Below are positions 63,803 through 64,000 of a DNA stretch of 64,000 bases, one piece after another. Below the pieces are notes generated by a model that worked only from the letters and a program-made list of their open reading frames with translations, did not search any database and had not been told where the DNA came from. The number at the start of each line of letters is the position of its first letter. Within the stretch, counting starts at the first letter, position 1. The position numbers and the translations under genes were made by a program. This DNA is from Octopus sinensis (taxonomy: Eukaryota). The stretch covers positions 132,990,001 through 133,054,000 of the forward strand of contig NC_042999.1 in the NCBI RefSeq assembly GCF_006345805.1, written 5' to 3'.

Positions 63803-64000
63803 AGGTCTTTATCGCGAAGATTGTCTGCTTTACCTCCAAAACGTTTCGAATCAAAAAATACAGAAGGTTAAGAACAGATTAGTTAGGTTTTTTAGTAGAA
63901 TGGGCTTGCGCATCGTTTTTTGACGATGAATTAACTAAAGCCAACTTCTTAGACATTACCCTCAATTTGCAGAATAACTCATACTTCCCTTATCATAAAC
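63801..64000 (+). mobile_element. Penelope-like RT fragment running off the window end
   Basis: GLYREDCL...(frameshift)...ANFLDITLNLQNNSYFPYHK matches PLE RT motifs GLYRDDGL and NFLDVTLNL...Y.PY.KP. Confidence 0.8.

Overview
AT-rich eukaryotic DNA packed with repeats, most likely from a coleoid cephalopod (probably Octopus; inferred from tRNA-derived SINE families I recall from octopus and the very high (TA)n, (CA)n, (GATA)n and (AAT)n load). I found no confidently identifiable host gene, only two weak candidate short exons (25845-25883 +, 31845-31903 -). Nearly every long ORF in the track is a microsatellite artefact. Contents: many tRNA-headed SINEs in at least 5 families (labelled A-E here for convenience); R4/Dong-type RLE non-LTR retrotransposon fragments, several nested in (AAT)n; RTE LINE fragments; three Penelope-like (PLE) RT/GIY-YIG fragments; a full-length mariner whose two visible frameshifts both fall in poly-G runs; other mariner/Tc1 relics; a hAT Buster-like relic; adjacent Tigger-like and hAT MITEs with intact TSDs; and a 3-kb non-autonomous Helitron with canonical termini and an internal hairpin minisatellite. 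The most notable signals are a set of hammerhead-ribozyme (HHR) motifs in short microsatellite-embedded elements (one apparently intact at 481-572), a fold-back cluster of HHR-bearing units inside a 4.5-kb ATT/AAT array (35.4-37.9 kb), and two perfect long palindromes. All family assignments come from motif recognition by eye; no database search was run.
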